Source: Candidatus Woesearchaeota archaeon (GTDB lineage Archaea > Nanobdellota > Nanobdellia > SCGC-AAA011-G17 > UBA489). From it: a stretch of 64,000 bases of DNA. Shown here in pieces: positions 19,919 to 28,760 of the stretch (positions are counted from its first letter, which is position 1; every line of letters starts with the position of its first letter). Both the position numbers and the translations under genes were made by a program. The notes beneath the pieces were generated by a model that saw nothing but the letters and a program-made list of their open reading frames with translations, did no database searches and was not told the DNA's origin. The DNA is taken from the NCBI GenBank assembly GCA_964367375.1, contig CAYIXG010000001.1, positions 148,254-212,253 of the forward strand, given 5' to 3'.

Positions 19919-20146
19919 ATGGATGCGGTGTCAACAATACAATTGAAGAAAGACGTGATAAAGCAACTAAAGAAGGCAAAGGAGTACCAAAGGCAGACCT
20001 ATAATGAGCTGATTGAAAGAATGACAAAAGTATTCATAAAACTTAAGGAAAGGAATCAATATGATGAATTCCTGCATAAAGTCCAGCAAGAAAAAATGAA
20101 AGAGCTCTGGAATAACAAGGAAGATGAGGAGTGGGAGAATGCATAA
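19919..20146 (+). CDS. putative antitoxin (small coiled-coil/DNA-binding protein) of MazF/PemK pair
   Basis: 75-aa ORF overlapping the downstream toxin gene by about 20 nt. AT-rich palindromic promoter upstream. Confidence 0.4.
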   Translation: MDAVSTIQLKKDVIKQLKKAKEYQRQTYNELIERMTKVFIKLKERNQYDEFLHKVQQEKMKELWNNKEDEEWENA

Positions 20147-20468
20147 GTGTGGTAATGTGATTCTCACTCAAGTGCAGTTTGTTGACACGTTTGAGGTTAA
20201 AAAGCGGCCTGCAGTGGTATTATTTGAAGAGTATGGAAATATTGTGGTTGCGGGAATAACAAGCAATAGAGAAATGAAAGGAATACCACTCACAAAAAAA
20301 GAAGGAGCGATCAAAGAAAGTGTTATTAAATTAAACTACATTTTTACCATATCTGAAAAAATGGTTGAAAAAAGCTTGTTTTCAGTGTCTGCAGAAAAGA
20401 GGAATAAGATAATAGCAGAGTTGATGAAGAAGTTGACATGCGAAGAAAATAAAAGAGCATCTTTATAA
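20124..20468 (+). CDS. MazF/PemK-family endoribonuclease toxin
   Basis: About 110 aa. VILTQVQFVDT…KKRPAVVL resembles the MazF N-terminal strand/RPAVVLS motif. Confidence 0.55.
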   Translation: MRSGRMHKCGNVILTQVQFVDTFEVKKRPAVVLFEEYGNIVVAGITSNREMKGIPLTKKEGAIKESVIKLNYIFTISEKMVEKSLFSVSAEKRNKIIAELMKKLTCEENKRASL

Positions 20469-20501
20469 ATATAAAGAATTCAAAAATATCAAAGAAGAGG
20501 T

Positions 20502-21719
20502 GTGTGCATGCATTTCCTTGGAATGTTTCTGGTAAAAATGATTGCAGGAATTGCTGTTGTTTTGGTAATACTAACTCTTCTTCTTTCCTATGAGTGTGCT
20601 GCATGGAGAAAGAGGGTGAAGAAACACAGGAAGCAGGTAGTTTTCTTTGGAGTTCTTTTCATATTCATCTTTTTCTTTATTGGACATTCAATGAGTAAGG
20701 TGCCGAGTTTTGATTATTTTGTGCAAACAGTAGGGCCGGGAATTGGCCCGCAATTATCAATGGAGAGCGCGGTGAAATTTCTTGTTAATCTTGATAAAAT
20801 AAGAGAAGTAGCAAACATTGCTCGTGATCCTGCAGACGTTCCTGCGCTTTCTGAGTCGCGTGAAGTTGCGTACGTTATTGATGTTGAGGAGGTAATAAAT
20901 GAGGTTGCCCCAGGGGTGATAGTAAGCTCGTGGGTGTACAATGGAAAGGTTCCTGGGCCGTTGTTGCGTGCGAAAGTAGGTGATAAGGTTTCTATTCTCT
21001 TAAAGAATAGTAAGAAGAGCTTGCACACGCATAGCATTGATTTTCATGCAGTAACTGGTCCGGGGGGTGGAGCTGCGGTGCTCCAAGTTCCTCCGGGAGA
21101 AGAAAGATCATTAACATTTAAAGCAGTGAATCCGGGAGTGTATGTGTATCACTGTGCGACGCCAAATGTGGGTGCGCACATGACGCATGGTCTGTATGGA
21201 CTTATTCTCATTGAGCCGGAAGAGGGTTTGCCGATTGCAGATAAGGAATTTTATGTCATGCAGGGTGAGGTCTACACGTCAGGTCATATTGGGAAAAAAG
21301 GACTGCAAATATTTGATGCAAAGAAGTTTTTATCAGGAGACCCGACATATGTCATCTTTAATGGAAGGATAGGAAGTCTTGAAGGGAAAATGAAAGCAAG
21401 GGTTGGTGATAAGGTAAGGATATATGTAGGAAATGGCGGAGTAAATCTTGCAAGCAATTTTCATGTGATTGGGGAAATTTTTGACACGGTGTATCCAGAA
21501 GGTGGAACGCCAGTGCAGCAGAATATTCAAACAACGCTTGTTCCTGCAGGTGGTGCAACCATTGTTGAGTTTACAGTGGATCTTCCAGGAAAGTATATTT
21601 TGGTTGATCACGCATTAGCGCGGTTAGACAAGGGTGCATGGGGAACTCTCGAAGTAGAAGGCGCGTGGGATGATACCTTGTATTTTCCACAACCTTTGAC
21701 ATCTTCATTGAATCATTAA
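20502..21719 (+). CDS. NirK-like copper-containing nitrite reductase / two-domain multicopper protein with N-terminal TM anchors
   Basis: HTHSIDFHAVTGPGG (compare NirK HNIDFHAATG), YVYHCATP…H…M (type-1 Cu ligand context), and FHVIGEIFD. Two N-terminal TM helices. Confidence 0.55.
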   Translation: MCMHFLGMFLVKMIAGIAVVLVILTLLLSYECAAWRKRVKKHRKQVVFFGVLFIFIFFFIGHSMSKVPSFDYFVQTVGPGIGPQLSMESAVKFLVNLDKIREVANIARDPADVPALSESREVAYVIDVEEVINEVAPGVIVSSWVYNGKVPGPLLRAKVGDKVSILLKNSKKSLHTHSIDFHAVTGPGGGAAVLQVPPGEERSLTFKAVNPGVYVYHCATPNVGAHMTHGLYGLILIEPEEGLPIADKEFYVMQGEVYTSGHIGKKGLQIFDAKKFLSGDPTYVIFNGRIGSLEGKMKARVGDKVRIYVGNGGVNLASNFHVIGEIFDTVYPEGGTPVQQNIQTTLVPAGGATIVEFTVDLPGKYILVDHALARLDKGAWGTLEVEGAWDDTLYFPQPLTSSLNH

Positions 21720-21734
21720 GAATAGAGAAGTTCT

Positions 21735-22121
21735 TTACTTTTTTCCATCTGTTATTTTTGTAACTTCTTTCCATAAAAAGTATGATGCAAACATTACTGC
21801 AAGGAAGATGAGAGGAAAGATAATGGCAATGGGAGCTCCTTTGATGAAATAAAAGGAGGCTGAAGCGCTTACATAGTCAATGAAGAAGCCAGCATACGCC
21901 CATTCTTTTATCGTTCGAAATTTTGTCTGAATGATGGAAATGGAGCCAAGGATCTTTGCAATGCCTAAAATGATGAGAAAATATGTAGGATAGCCTAATT
22001 GTCGCATAACCTCTAAGCCTTTCTCATTCGGGAAAAATTCAGAAATTCCTGATGCGAAATTGGCAAGACAGAAAAGAATGGTGACAATCCAATAGATGAT
22101 CTTTGTCGTTTGTGGCTTCAT
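21735..22121 (-). CDS. DoxX-family membrane protein
   Basis: Four TM helices. Start placed at the internal Met (MKPQTT) because the longer ORF to 22364 overlaps aspS. Confidence 0.45.
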   Translation of the reverse strand: MKPQTTKIIYWIVTILFCLANFASGISEFFPNEKGLEVMRQLGYPTYFLIILGIAKILGSISIIQTKFRTIKEWAYAGFFIDYVSASASFYFIKGAPIAIIFPLIFLAVMFASYFLWKEVTKITDGKK

Positions 22122-22161
22122 GATGGTATTTTCCTTTTTTACAAATGAATGGGAAGCTGTG

Positions 22162-23475
22162 TTAAGGAACGACTCGTTCTGGGTCTCTGGGAAATAAGCA
22201 GCATTCTTTGATGTTGGGCATGTGTAATACTGCTTGGGTAATCCGTTCAATGCCGACTGCATATCCTCCCATTGGAGGCGCTCCATATTTGAAGTGGTCA
22301 ATAAACCACTGCAGCTTTTCTGGATTGAGTCCTTTCTGTTTGATTTGTGCAACAAGAGTCTCATAGCGGTGTTCTCTCTGTCCTCCGGAGCTGAGTTCGA
22401 GCTCGCGGAAATTCAAGTCAACGCTTCGTGCAAATTGCGGGTTTTTGTTGTCATACATGACATAAAAGGGTTTGATGGCGCTGGGAAATTTGTTGATAAA
22501 ATAGAAGTCTGATTGGTATTTCTTTTTCACGTAATCTGCAAGGAGCTTCATGGCATCGTTGTCTAAATCTTCGTCCTGCTTGATCTTTTTGCCAAGTTCT
22601 TTCAGAATGTCCCACACATGAGGAAATTCAAGCACAGGAAAGGGTGTTTTGGGAATCACTGGAGTGATCTTGAGTGTGGCAAAGTCAGCTGCGCTTTCTG
22701 TGGCTGCATGCGTGATGCTTGCAGCGATCATTTCTTCTTCCACTTTCATCACATCATATTCATCATTGATGAATGCCATTTCTGGTGCGATGGCTCGGTG
22801 TTCGCAGAGGTGTCTGGTAGTATGACTTTTCTCTGCTCTCCAGTTTGGTCCGAGGTCATACAGTTTCTCAATGCCTCCGAGGATGGCAAGTTCCCGATGC
22901 AGCTGAGGGTCTTGGCGGAGAAATGCGGGTTTTCCATAGTAGTCAATAGTGAACACGTCTGCTCCGGATTCTGAGGGCACTCCCATGATGCAGGGCGTGA
23001 ATACTTTCAAGAATCCTTTTTTTAAGAGATATGCTTCCATGCCTTCAACGAGGCGTGCTTGGATTTTGAAAACTGCAAGAACCTCTGGCTTGCGTAAATC
23101 AATACATCGATGATCAAAGCGTGTAGACAAATCTGTCTGAATAGTCTTGTCTTTTTCAAAGACTTGAATGGGAAGTTTTGCTGCTTTTGTTTCGACAGAA
23201 AACGTTTTCACAATAACTTCATATCCTTGGCGTGCTTCCTTGTTTTTGTGCACAACTCCCTGCACAGAAATCACGCTTTCCAAGGGAATCTTCCCAAAGG
23301 AATCAAAAGTGTTTCCAAGCTCTGGTTTTGCAACGAGTTGGGTAATTCCTGTCCAGTCTCTTAAGAGGATGAACTTGACTTTGCTGAGATCTCGAACTTC
23401 ATGAGCCCATCCTTGAAGAAATACTTCTTTTTCGTGAAGCGCTGGAGAAAGGTCTTTGATGGGGGTGCGGTGCAT
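22162..23475 (-). CDS. aspS: aspartyl-tRNA synthetase, archaeal type (class IIb)
   Basis: QDPQLHRE (QSPQ-like), WRAEKSHTTRHL…APEMAFIN, C-terminal GIERI…LFPRDPERVVP. Confidence 0.7.
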   Translation of the reverse strand: MHRTPIKDLSPALHEKEVFLQGWAHEVRDLSKVKFILLRDWTGITQLVAKPELGNTFDSFGKIPLESVISVQGVVHKNKEARQGYEVIVKTFSVETKAAKLPIQVFEKDKTIQTDLSTRFDHRCIDLRKPEVLAVFKIQARLVEGMEAYLLKKGFLKVFTPCIMGVPSESGADVFTIDYYGKPAFLRQDPQLHRELAILGGIEKLYDLGPNWRAEKSHTTRHLCEHRAIAPEMAFINDEYDVMKVEEEMIAASITHAATESAADFATLKITPVIPKTPFPVLEFPHVWDILKELGKKIKQDEDLDNDAMKLLADYVKKKYQSDFYFINKFPSAIKPFYVMYDNKNPQFARSVDLNFRELELSSGGQREHRYETLVAQIKQKGLNPEKLQWFIDHFKYGAPPMGGYAVGIERITQAVLHMPNIKECCLFPRDPERVVP

Positions 23476-23542
23476 AATTGCTGTACTTTCGCTGTCATAT
23501 ATAAAAGTATCTCAGGAGATGAGAAAAAAGTGATTGAACTGT

Positions 23543-23710
23543 TTAATCACGCATATTTCCTTTCTGTTGCAGAAGGAGCATGACGAGAAATCCAAGGCCA
23601 ATACCAATAAAGATTCCTTCAACGACCTTGTCAAAGAGCATGCCTATGCCCATACCAAGAAACATGAATGCAGCATATATAATCCAGGAAGAAAATGGGC
23701 TCTTTTTCAT
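23543..23710 (-). CDS. unannotated 55-aa small membrane protein (hypothetical)
   Basis: Minus-strand ATG at 23710 and TAA at 23543-23545 encode MKKSPFSSWIIYAAFMFLGMGIGMLFDKVVEGIFIGIGLGFLVMLLLQQKGNMRD. Two TM helices. Below the 60-aa cutoff of the ORF track. Confidence 0.25.
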   Translation of the reverse strand: MKKSPFSSWIIYAAFMFLGMGIGMLFDKVVEGIFIGIGLGFLVMLLLQQKGNMRD

Positions 23711-23800
23711 AATAAAAAAAAGAGGTAAGTCTATTTAAATTTTTTCTTTTTTTAATAGAAAAGAGAAACCTTTTTAATTTCCATTGCCTTCCAAAAGAGG

Positions 23801-24061
23801 ATGAGATTTGAAAAAAAGGCATGGCCAAAGTTCTTTCAAAAAGTGCTTGACGGAGAGAAGACCTGTGATGTGCGTCTTGCAGACGTTGCATGCAAGCCAG
23901 GAGACATTCTTGTGTTAAAGGAGTGGGATCCTGAAAAGGAAAAGTACACAGGAAGAGTTGTGGAAAAGAAAATAACATATGTGATGAAGACGAAAGAGAT
24001 GCAGTTTTGGTCTGAGGAAGAAATCGAGAAGCACGGGTTGCAGATTATTTCGTTTAAGTAA
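23801..24061 (+). CDS. ASCH/PUA-like domain protein
   Basis: 86 aa. RLADVACKPGDILVLKEW resembles the ASCH beta-barrel core. Confidence 0.4.
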   Translation: MRFEKKAWPKFFQKVLDGEKTCDVRLADVACKPGDILVLKEWDPEKEKYTGRVVEKKITYVMKTKEMQFWSEEEIEKHGLQIISFK

Positions 24062-25472
24062 GTTTTTCTTTGATGAATTCCATCACTTTTTTGCCTTCTA
24101 TTTTTCCCTTGTACTTGTTCATGACCATTCCCATGAGTGCATTGGGAGTAATATTTGCATTTTGAGAGATGAGTGTGTCAATGTCTTTTTCTATTTTTTC
24201 GAGAGATACAGGTTTGTACATATCAATATGAACTATTTTTCCTTGTGCGAGTTCTGCAAGGATGTCAAGTGCAGCTTCTTTGGTGATTGTTTTGTTGTGG
24301 ATATGTTCAATGACAAAAGTGAAGTCTTTCTCGCGCAGTTTTTCTGGATCGATTTTAAATCTCGTTTTAAGTTCTTTCGGTGTTTCGATGAGGATGTGTG
24401 CGATGAGCGATGGTTCTAATGGAAATGCTCTGGCGCAGTGTTCAAAGAGGTTCAGTTTCTCGCTCTCAAGGAGTTCTCGTGCAAGTTGGCTTGGTAATTT
24501 ATACCTCTGTTCAAGCGAGACTGTTTTTTCAGTGAGGAGCTCGGGAATAGTAAGAGATGTATATAATTGGTGAACTGAAAACGCGTGATGGTCTGTTTCA
24601 ACATACATGCGCGAAGATCCAGGCATGGGTCGTAAGAAAGTGGTGCTGCCGTCTGGTTGTGCTTGTCGTACTTCACTCTTTCCTTGAGAAAGGAGTTGTT
24701 GCTGTCTGTCAATTTCCAGTTCGATGATTTTGGGAATCATGCGCAGTTCTTGCACGCCCTTGATTTCTACTCGTGGATGTCTGGTGATGCTCACATTGAG
24801 GTCTTGTCTAATGGTTCCAATGCCTGATTTGAATCTGCCGGTGCTTTTCAGGATCATTCCTAAATATTCAGCTACTTCCTTTGCATGTTCGGGGCTTTTC
24901 ATGTCTGGCGCGGTTGCAATTTCGATAAGAGGTATGCCGAGTCGATCAAGACGGAAAACAACATGCTCTTTTTCTGTTGTCATTCTTCGTGCAGAGTCTT
25001 CTTCGATGCACACACTGTCAATGCCTACTTTTCCTGAAGGAGTCTGTACATATCCGTGAACTCCTATAAGAGCTGTTCTCTGGAAGCCGGAGGTGTTGCT
25101 GTAGTCAATGACTTGTTTGCGCATCACCTGGATTTCATCGACAACATGCATGTGCAGGAGCTTGCACACTTGGAGGACAATGGCAAGTGCATCCTGGTTT
25201 ATTGGATGAATGGGTTCTTCATCAAGCTCAACCAGGCAGGTGGTGTCTTCATATCCTTGGTAGAGCGCGTGTCTCTTTTTTCCGAGTTCAAATTTGGCAA
25301 CTGTATCATGCTCTCCCATCTCGCTTGCAACAGACCGGAGTTCTCGTTTCGTGATGGTGTCAGGTTGTCTTTCTTGGAGTTCTGAAGCGCAATGACAAAA
25401 AAGTTTATGGCTTTCAATTTGTCTATGAATTTCTAATCCTATTTTCAATCCGAGTTGCGCATAGTCAACCAT
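24054..25472 (-). CDS. gatE: Glu-tRNA(Gln) amidotransferase subunit E (GatB/GatE family; unusually short at 472 aa)
   Basis: N-terminus LGLKIGLEIHRQIESHKLFCHC matches the GatE/GatB start. C-terminal GatB/YqeY-like tail. Sits downstream of gatD. Confidence 0.6.
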   Translation of the reverse strand: MVDYAQLGLKIGLEIHRQIESHKLFCHCASELQERQPDTITKRELRSVASEMGEHDTVAKFELGKKRHALYQGYEDTTCLVELDEEPIHPINQDALAIVLQVCKLLHMHVVDEIQVMRKQVIDYSNTSGFQRTALIGVHGYVQTPSGKVGIDSVCIEEDSARRMTTEKEHVVFRLDRLGIPLIEIATAPDMKSPEHAKEVAEYLGMILKSTGRFKSGIGTIRQDLNVSITRHPRVEIKGVQELRMIPKIIELEIDRQQQLLSQGKSEVRQAQPDGSTTFLRPMPGSSRMYVETDHHAFSVHQLYTSLTIPELLTEKTVSLEQRYKLPSQLARELLESEKLNLFEHCARAFPLEPSLIAHILIETPKELKTRFKIDPEKLREKDFTFVIEHIHNKTITKEAALDILAELAQGKIVHIDMYKPVSLEKIEKDIDTLISQNANITPNALMGMVMNKYKGKIEGKKVMEFIKEKLT

Positions 25473-25515
25473 AGAGAAGAAAAGAAATTGCTCCTATTTA
25501 TAGGTTTGGATGGCA

Positions 25516-25752
25516 TTATCGTTCCCACACGACTTTTCCGTTTTTTTTGACTTGACGAATACGATGGAGAGGGATATGGACTTTTGTGTCGCCTCGTTTG
25601 ATGACAATAAAATTGCCTATTCTTCCAATTTTGGTGAAGGATATTTCAAAAGTTTTTTCTGCGATTCTGTCAAAGTAGAGGAGAGTGTACTCTTCTGGTT
25701 TTAATTGTTTGTCCCAGCGGATCCTGTTAAGAAGATCGCCAATATAAGTCAT
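25516..25752 (-). CDS. small conserved hypothetical protein
   Basis: The 112-aa ORF overlaps the gatD 3' end. An internal Met (MTYIGDLL) gives a 78-aa product between gatD and gatE. Confidence 0.25.
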   Translation of the reverse strand: MTYIGDLLNRIRWDKQLKPEEYTLLYFDRIAEKTFEISFTKIGRIGNFIVIKRGDTKVHIPLHRIRQVKKNGKVVWER

Positions 25753-27077
25753 GGGGTAAAAGTGGAGAGTGTGCTTCTTTTGCTCAGTTCGCCGCGAAGG
25801 TTTTCTGCCATGATATAAGGAATATCCTTCTTTGGATAATTGCTCAATGCCCATGCGAGCTTAATAAACGTTGTTTCAGGGAGCATGTCTGAATAGTCTC
25901 CCAAGATGCCAAGGGCCTTGATTTTCCTTCCTGTTTCATAGACATTCATATTGACTCGCCCATACAGCGGTTGGGGTGCAATAACAACAGGAATTTTTAC
26001 TGCAAGTTTCTTCATGAATGTGTAAATGGTTGCGTGCTCTTTCGTTTCCTTATCTATCTGATTAATAGGAAAATTGCAAAGTCCCAGTCCTTCAATAACA
26101 AGTCCATGAAACTTTTCATACAGTTTGAATTCTTGTACAGACATGTGGGGATGCGCCTTGAGGATGCCAATATGAAGTTTTTCGTTGAATGGTTTCACTA
26201 CCAGTTTCCGGGAAGCATCCTTTTTCTTATATTCATGGTGGAGGATGTCTATTGCTCCTTCTTTGGTGACGCGGGCAAAGGGTTTTCCGTTGATGACTTT
26301 GAAGGCGTCTCTGCGTGAGGTATGCATTTTGCGTGTTTTGCATGCAGGAAGAATGATGCAGGAATCATCTGCGCTTGTTTCGTGCATGCAGATCCCAACT
26401 TCCCCAAAATCGCTGTGTGCAATGAACTGGGCAGCGCAAATGAGATTGAGGAAGGCATCACTACTTCCGCGGTCGCTGCTGCGTTGTGCAGCAACTAAGA
26501 TAACTGGTATAGGTACGTGTTCAAGTGCAAAGCTGAGTGCTGCTGCGGTGTATGCTAAAGTATCAGTGCCGTGGGTGATGATAATCCCATCAACGCCATG
26601 CGCTATCTCTTTCTTAATTTCATGTGCAATGATATTGTAATGGCTAAATCGCATGTCTTCAGACCACATATTTCTGACAAGGCGTGATCGGATGGATGCA
26701 ACGTGCGTGAGCTCAGGAAACATGGCTATCATGTCTTCAGGAGTGAATTTCGGGATCGTGCCTCCTGTTTCGTAATCGACTTCAGAAGCGATAGTGCCTC
26801 CGGTGTGGAGGATTGAGATAACAGGAAGTCCTTGCTTTTTCTGTGATACTTTTTGAAGGGGAATGCGTTGCGTTGTCTCGCATGCTTTTGCGCTTTTTGT
26901 AAAGTGTTTCGCAACAGTGATCTTTTTGATATTCTTTTGTGTAATGCCTATATTGTACCCGCTCTGCAGTTTGAGAACAAGGGTGTGGGGAGTGCTGCTC
27001 GGCATCACCATGCCTGTATATTCAATGTTGTCTGTGGTAAGAATAGTGACAGTGTCGCAGGCGTTGTGGCGAGGCAT
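25749..27077 (-). CDS. gatD: Glu-tRNA(Gln) amidotransferase subunit D (asparaginase-like)
   Basis: N-terminal GatD domain (VLKLQSGYNIGI) and asparaginase motif ILHTGGTIAS. 442 aa. Confidence 0.8.
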   Translation of the reverse strand: MPRHNACDTVTILTTDNIEYTGMVMPSSTPHTLVLKLQSGYNIGITQKNIKKITVAKHFTKSAKACETTQRIPLQKVSQKKQGLPVISILHTGGTIASEVDYETGGTIPKFTPEDMIAMFPELTHVASIRSRLVRNMWSEDMRFSHYNIIAHEIKKEIAHGVDGIIITHGTDTLAYTAAALSFALEHVPIPVILVAAQRSSDRGSSDAFLNLICAAQFIAHSDFGEVGICMHETSADDSCIILPACKTRKMHTSRRDAFKVINGKPFARVTKEGAIDILHHEYKKKDASRKLVVKPFNEKLHIGILKAHPHMSVQEFKLYEKFHGLVIEGLGLCNFPINQIDKETKEHATIYTFMKKLAVKIPVVIAPQPLYGRVNMNVYETGRKIKALGILGDYSDMLPETTFIKLAWALSNYPKKDIPYIMAENLRGELSKRSTLSTFTP

Positions 27078-27524
27078 AGGGAAAAAAGAGACATGAAATA
27101 TAAAAAGCTATGGTTAGAAATGAAAAGAGCGTCATGCATGACGAAAAAGAGGGAAAGAAGTGTGCAAAAAGGAGAGGAAAAAGAAGTGAAAGAGTAAATG
27201 TAGTAACTATAATATCTATATTGGAAGAAAAAAATATTTATATATATGGAGTGAGTAAAAAAAGAATTAGAGCTTTAGTTTGTTCAAAGTAATCAAAGTA
27301 AAAGAAAATGTTTCATTTCAATTGGCGTTGAAATGAAGTGAGCTTTTACTCGTAATCGGATCGTAGTTAGACGTTTGTTCTCAAAGTTTAAATCATGAAT
27401 CATTAAACTTGGTAGTGCCTAACTTCTTTAAAAAAGTATAAACACAAGCTACAATATAAGTATTGTGGTCTTGGAGAATATACAACATGCAAAATCAAAA
27501 ACAGACCAGGGGGGGAAAAGAACA

Positions 27525-28622
27525 ATGGAAAGCTTGTTGAATAATGCATTGCAAACACAAAAACAATTTAATCAGAATATGATGGATAGGCCTGCAGAGG
27601 CAAACATCATTGTTGTCGGATGCGGAGGCGGCGGAAACAATATGGTTTCATGGCTGCACAAGAAAGGCATCCAGGGAGCAAAGGTATTCGCGCTCAACAC
27701 AGATCAGCAGCACTTGAATATTAGTGAGGCTGATGTCAAGCTCTTAATTGGTCGTGAGCTGACTCGTGGTCTTGGCTGTGGAGGATTTCCAGACAAGGGA
27801 CGAGAGGCAGCAAAGGAGAGCTTGCACGAATTAAAGAACATGATGAAGGATGCAGACATGGTCTTTGTCTGCGCCGGCCTTGGTGGAGGAACTGGTACTG
27901 GTTCTGCTCCAGAAGTGGCGCGCATTGCACGTGAAGTAGGAGCGATTGTGATTGGAACAGTCACGATGCCCTTTGATATTGAGCGTGCGCGTGTCGATAA
28001 GGCTGAATTTGGCTTGCAGCAACTGCGAGATGTCTGTGATACAGTAATTGTGATTGATAACAACAGACTGGTCAGCATTGCAGGAAACTTGCCTATTCAA
28101 CAAGCATTTGCCGTGGCAAACGAGCTTGTAAGCACCATGATTAAGGGTATTGTGGAAACGATTGCTATTCCTTCCTTAGTCAACCTGGACTACGCAGACG
28201 TTCGCGCCATCATGGCAAACGGTGACGTGTCTGTCATTGGCATTGGCGAGTCTGATACTGAATCTCGAGTGGAAGAGGCAACGCGAAGAGCCTTGACAAA
28301 TCCCCTCCTCGATGTGAGTTATGAAGGTGCGACAGGAGCACTCATTCACATTAGTGGCGGCGATGATCTGACGCTTGAAGAGGTCAATAGGGTCGGTGAA
28401 ATTATTACCGAGTCGCTCGAAGCAGATGCAAATGTCATCTGGGGAGCACGTATTGATCCGAAGATGGCTGGTCGTTTACGAGTGATGACTATTGTGACTG
28501 GTGTCAATTCCCCATACATCTTGGGAAGAAACACCAAGCAGAAGAAGGAATCTGACGTGGCCATGCAAATCGGAGAGGACCTCGGCATCGACATGGTTGG
28601 CTTTACCTCGAAAAAGAGGTAA
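27525..28622 (+). CDS. ftsZ: cell division GTPase FtsZ
   Basis: GCGGGGNN and GLGGGTGTGSAP tubulin/FtsZ motifs. Start may be 27465 or 27525. Confidence 0.9.
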   Translation: MESLLNNALQTQKQFNQNMMDRPAEANIIVVGCGGGGNNMVSWLHKKGIQGAKVFALNTDQQHLNISEADVKLLIGRELTRGLGCGGFPDKGREAAKESLHELKNMMKDADMVFVCAGLGGGTGTGSAPEVARIAREVGAIVIGTVTMPFDIERARVDKAEFGLQQLRDVCDTVIVIDNNRLVSIAGNLPIQQAFAVANELVSTMIKGIVETIAIPSLVNLDYADVRAIMANGDVSVIGIGESDTESRVEEATRRALTNPLLDVSYEGATGALIHISGGDDLTLEEVNRVGEIITESLEADANVIWGARIDPKMAGRLRVMTIVTGVNSPYILGRNTKQKKESDVAMQIGEDLGIDMVGFTSKKR

Positions 28623-28672
28623 GGCATTTCCTACTCAAGGGCAAAACCCCCAAAACCAATTAGCCCTTGCTT

Positions 28673-28724
28673 GCTGATGCCATCTCCTTCTATTATAATG
28701 GCATCAGCTCTTTTTTCTTTTTTC
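28673..28724 (+). terminator. hairpin plus oligo-T terminator after ftsZ
   Basis: Perfect 11-bp inverted repeat gctgatgccat…atggcatcagc followed by tcttttttcttttttc. Confidence 0.4.
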
Positions 28725-28760
28725 ATTCATAATATTTAAAAAGAAGTGCATTTCTTGTTG

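Noticed and set aside
27290-27345. C/D-box sRNA in the gatD-ftsZ gap
   Set aside because: tgaaatgaagtga only loosely resembles a C box (RUGAUGA). No paired D/D' CUGA boxes at correct spacing.
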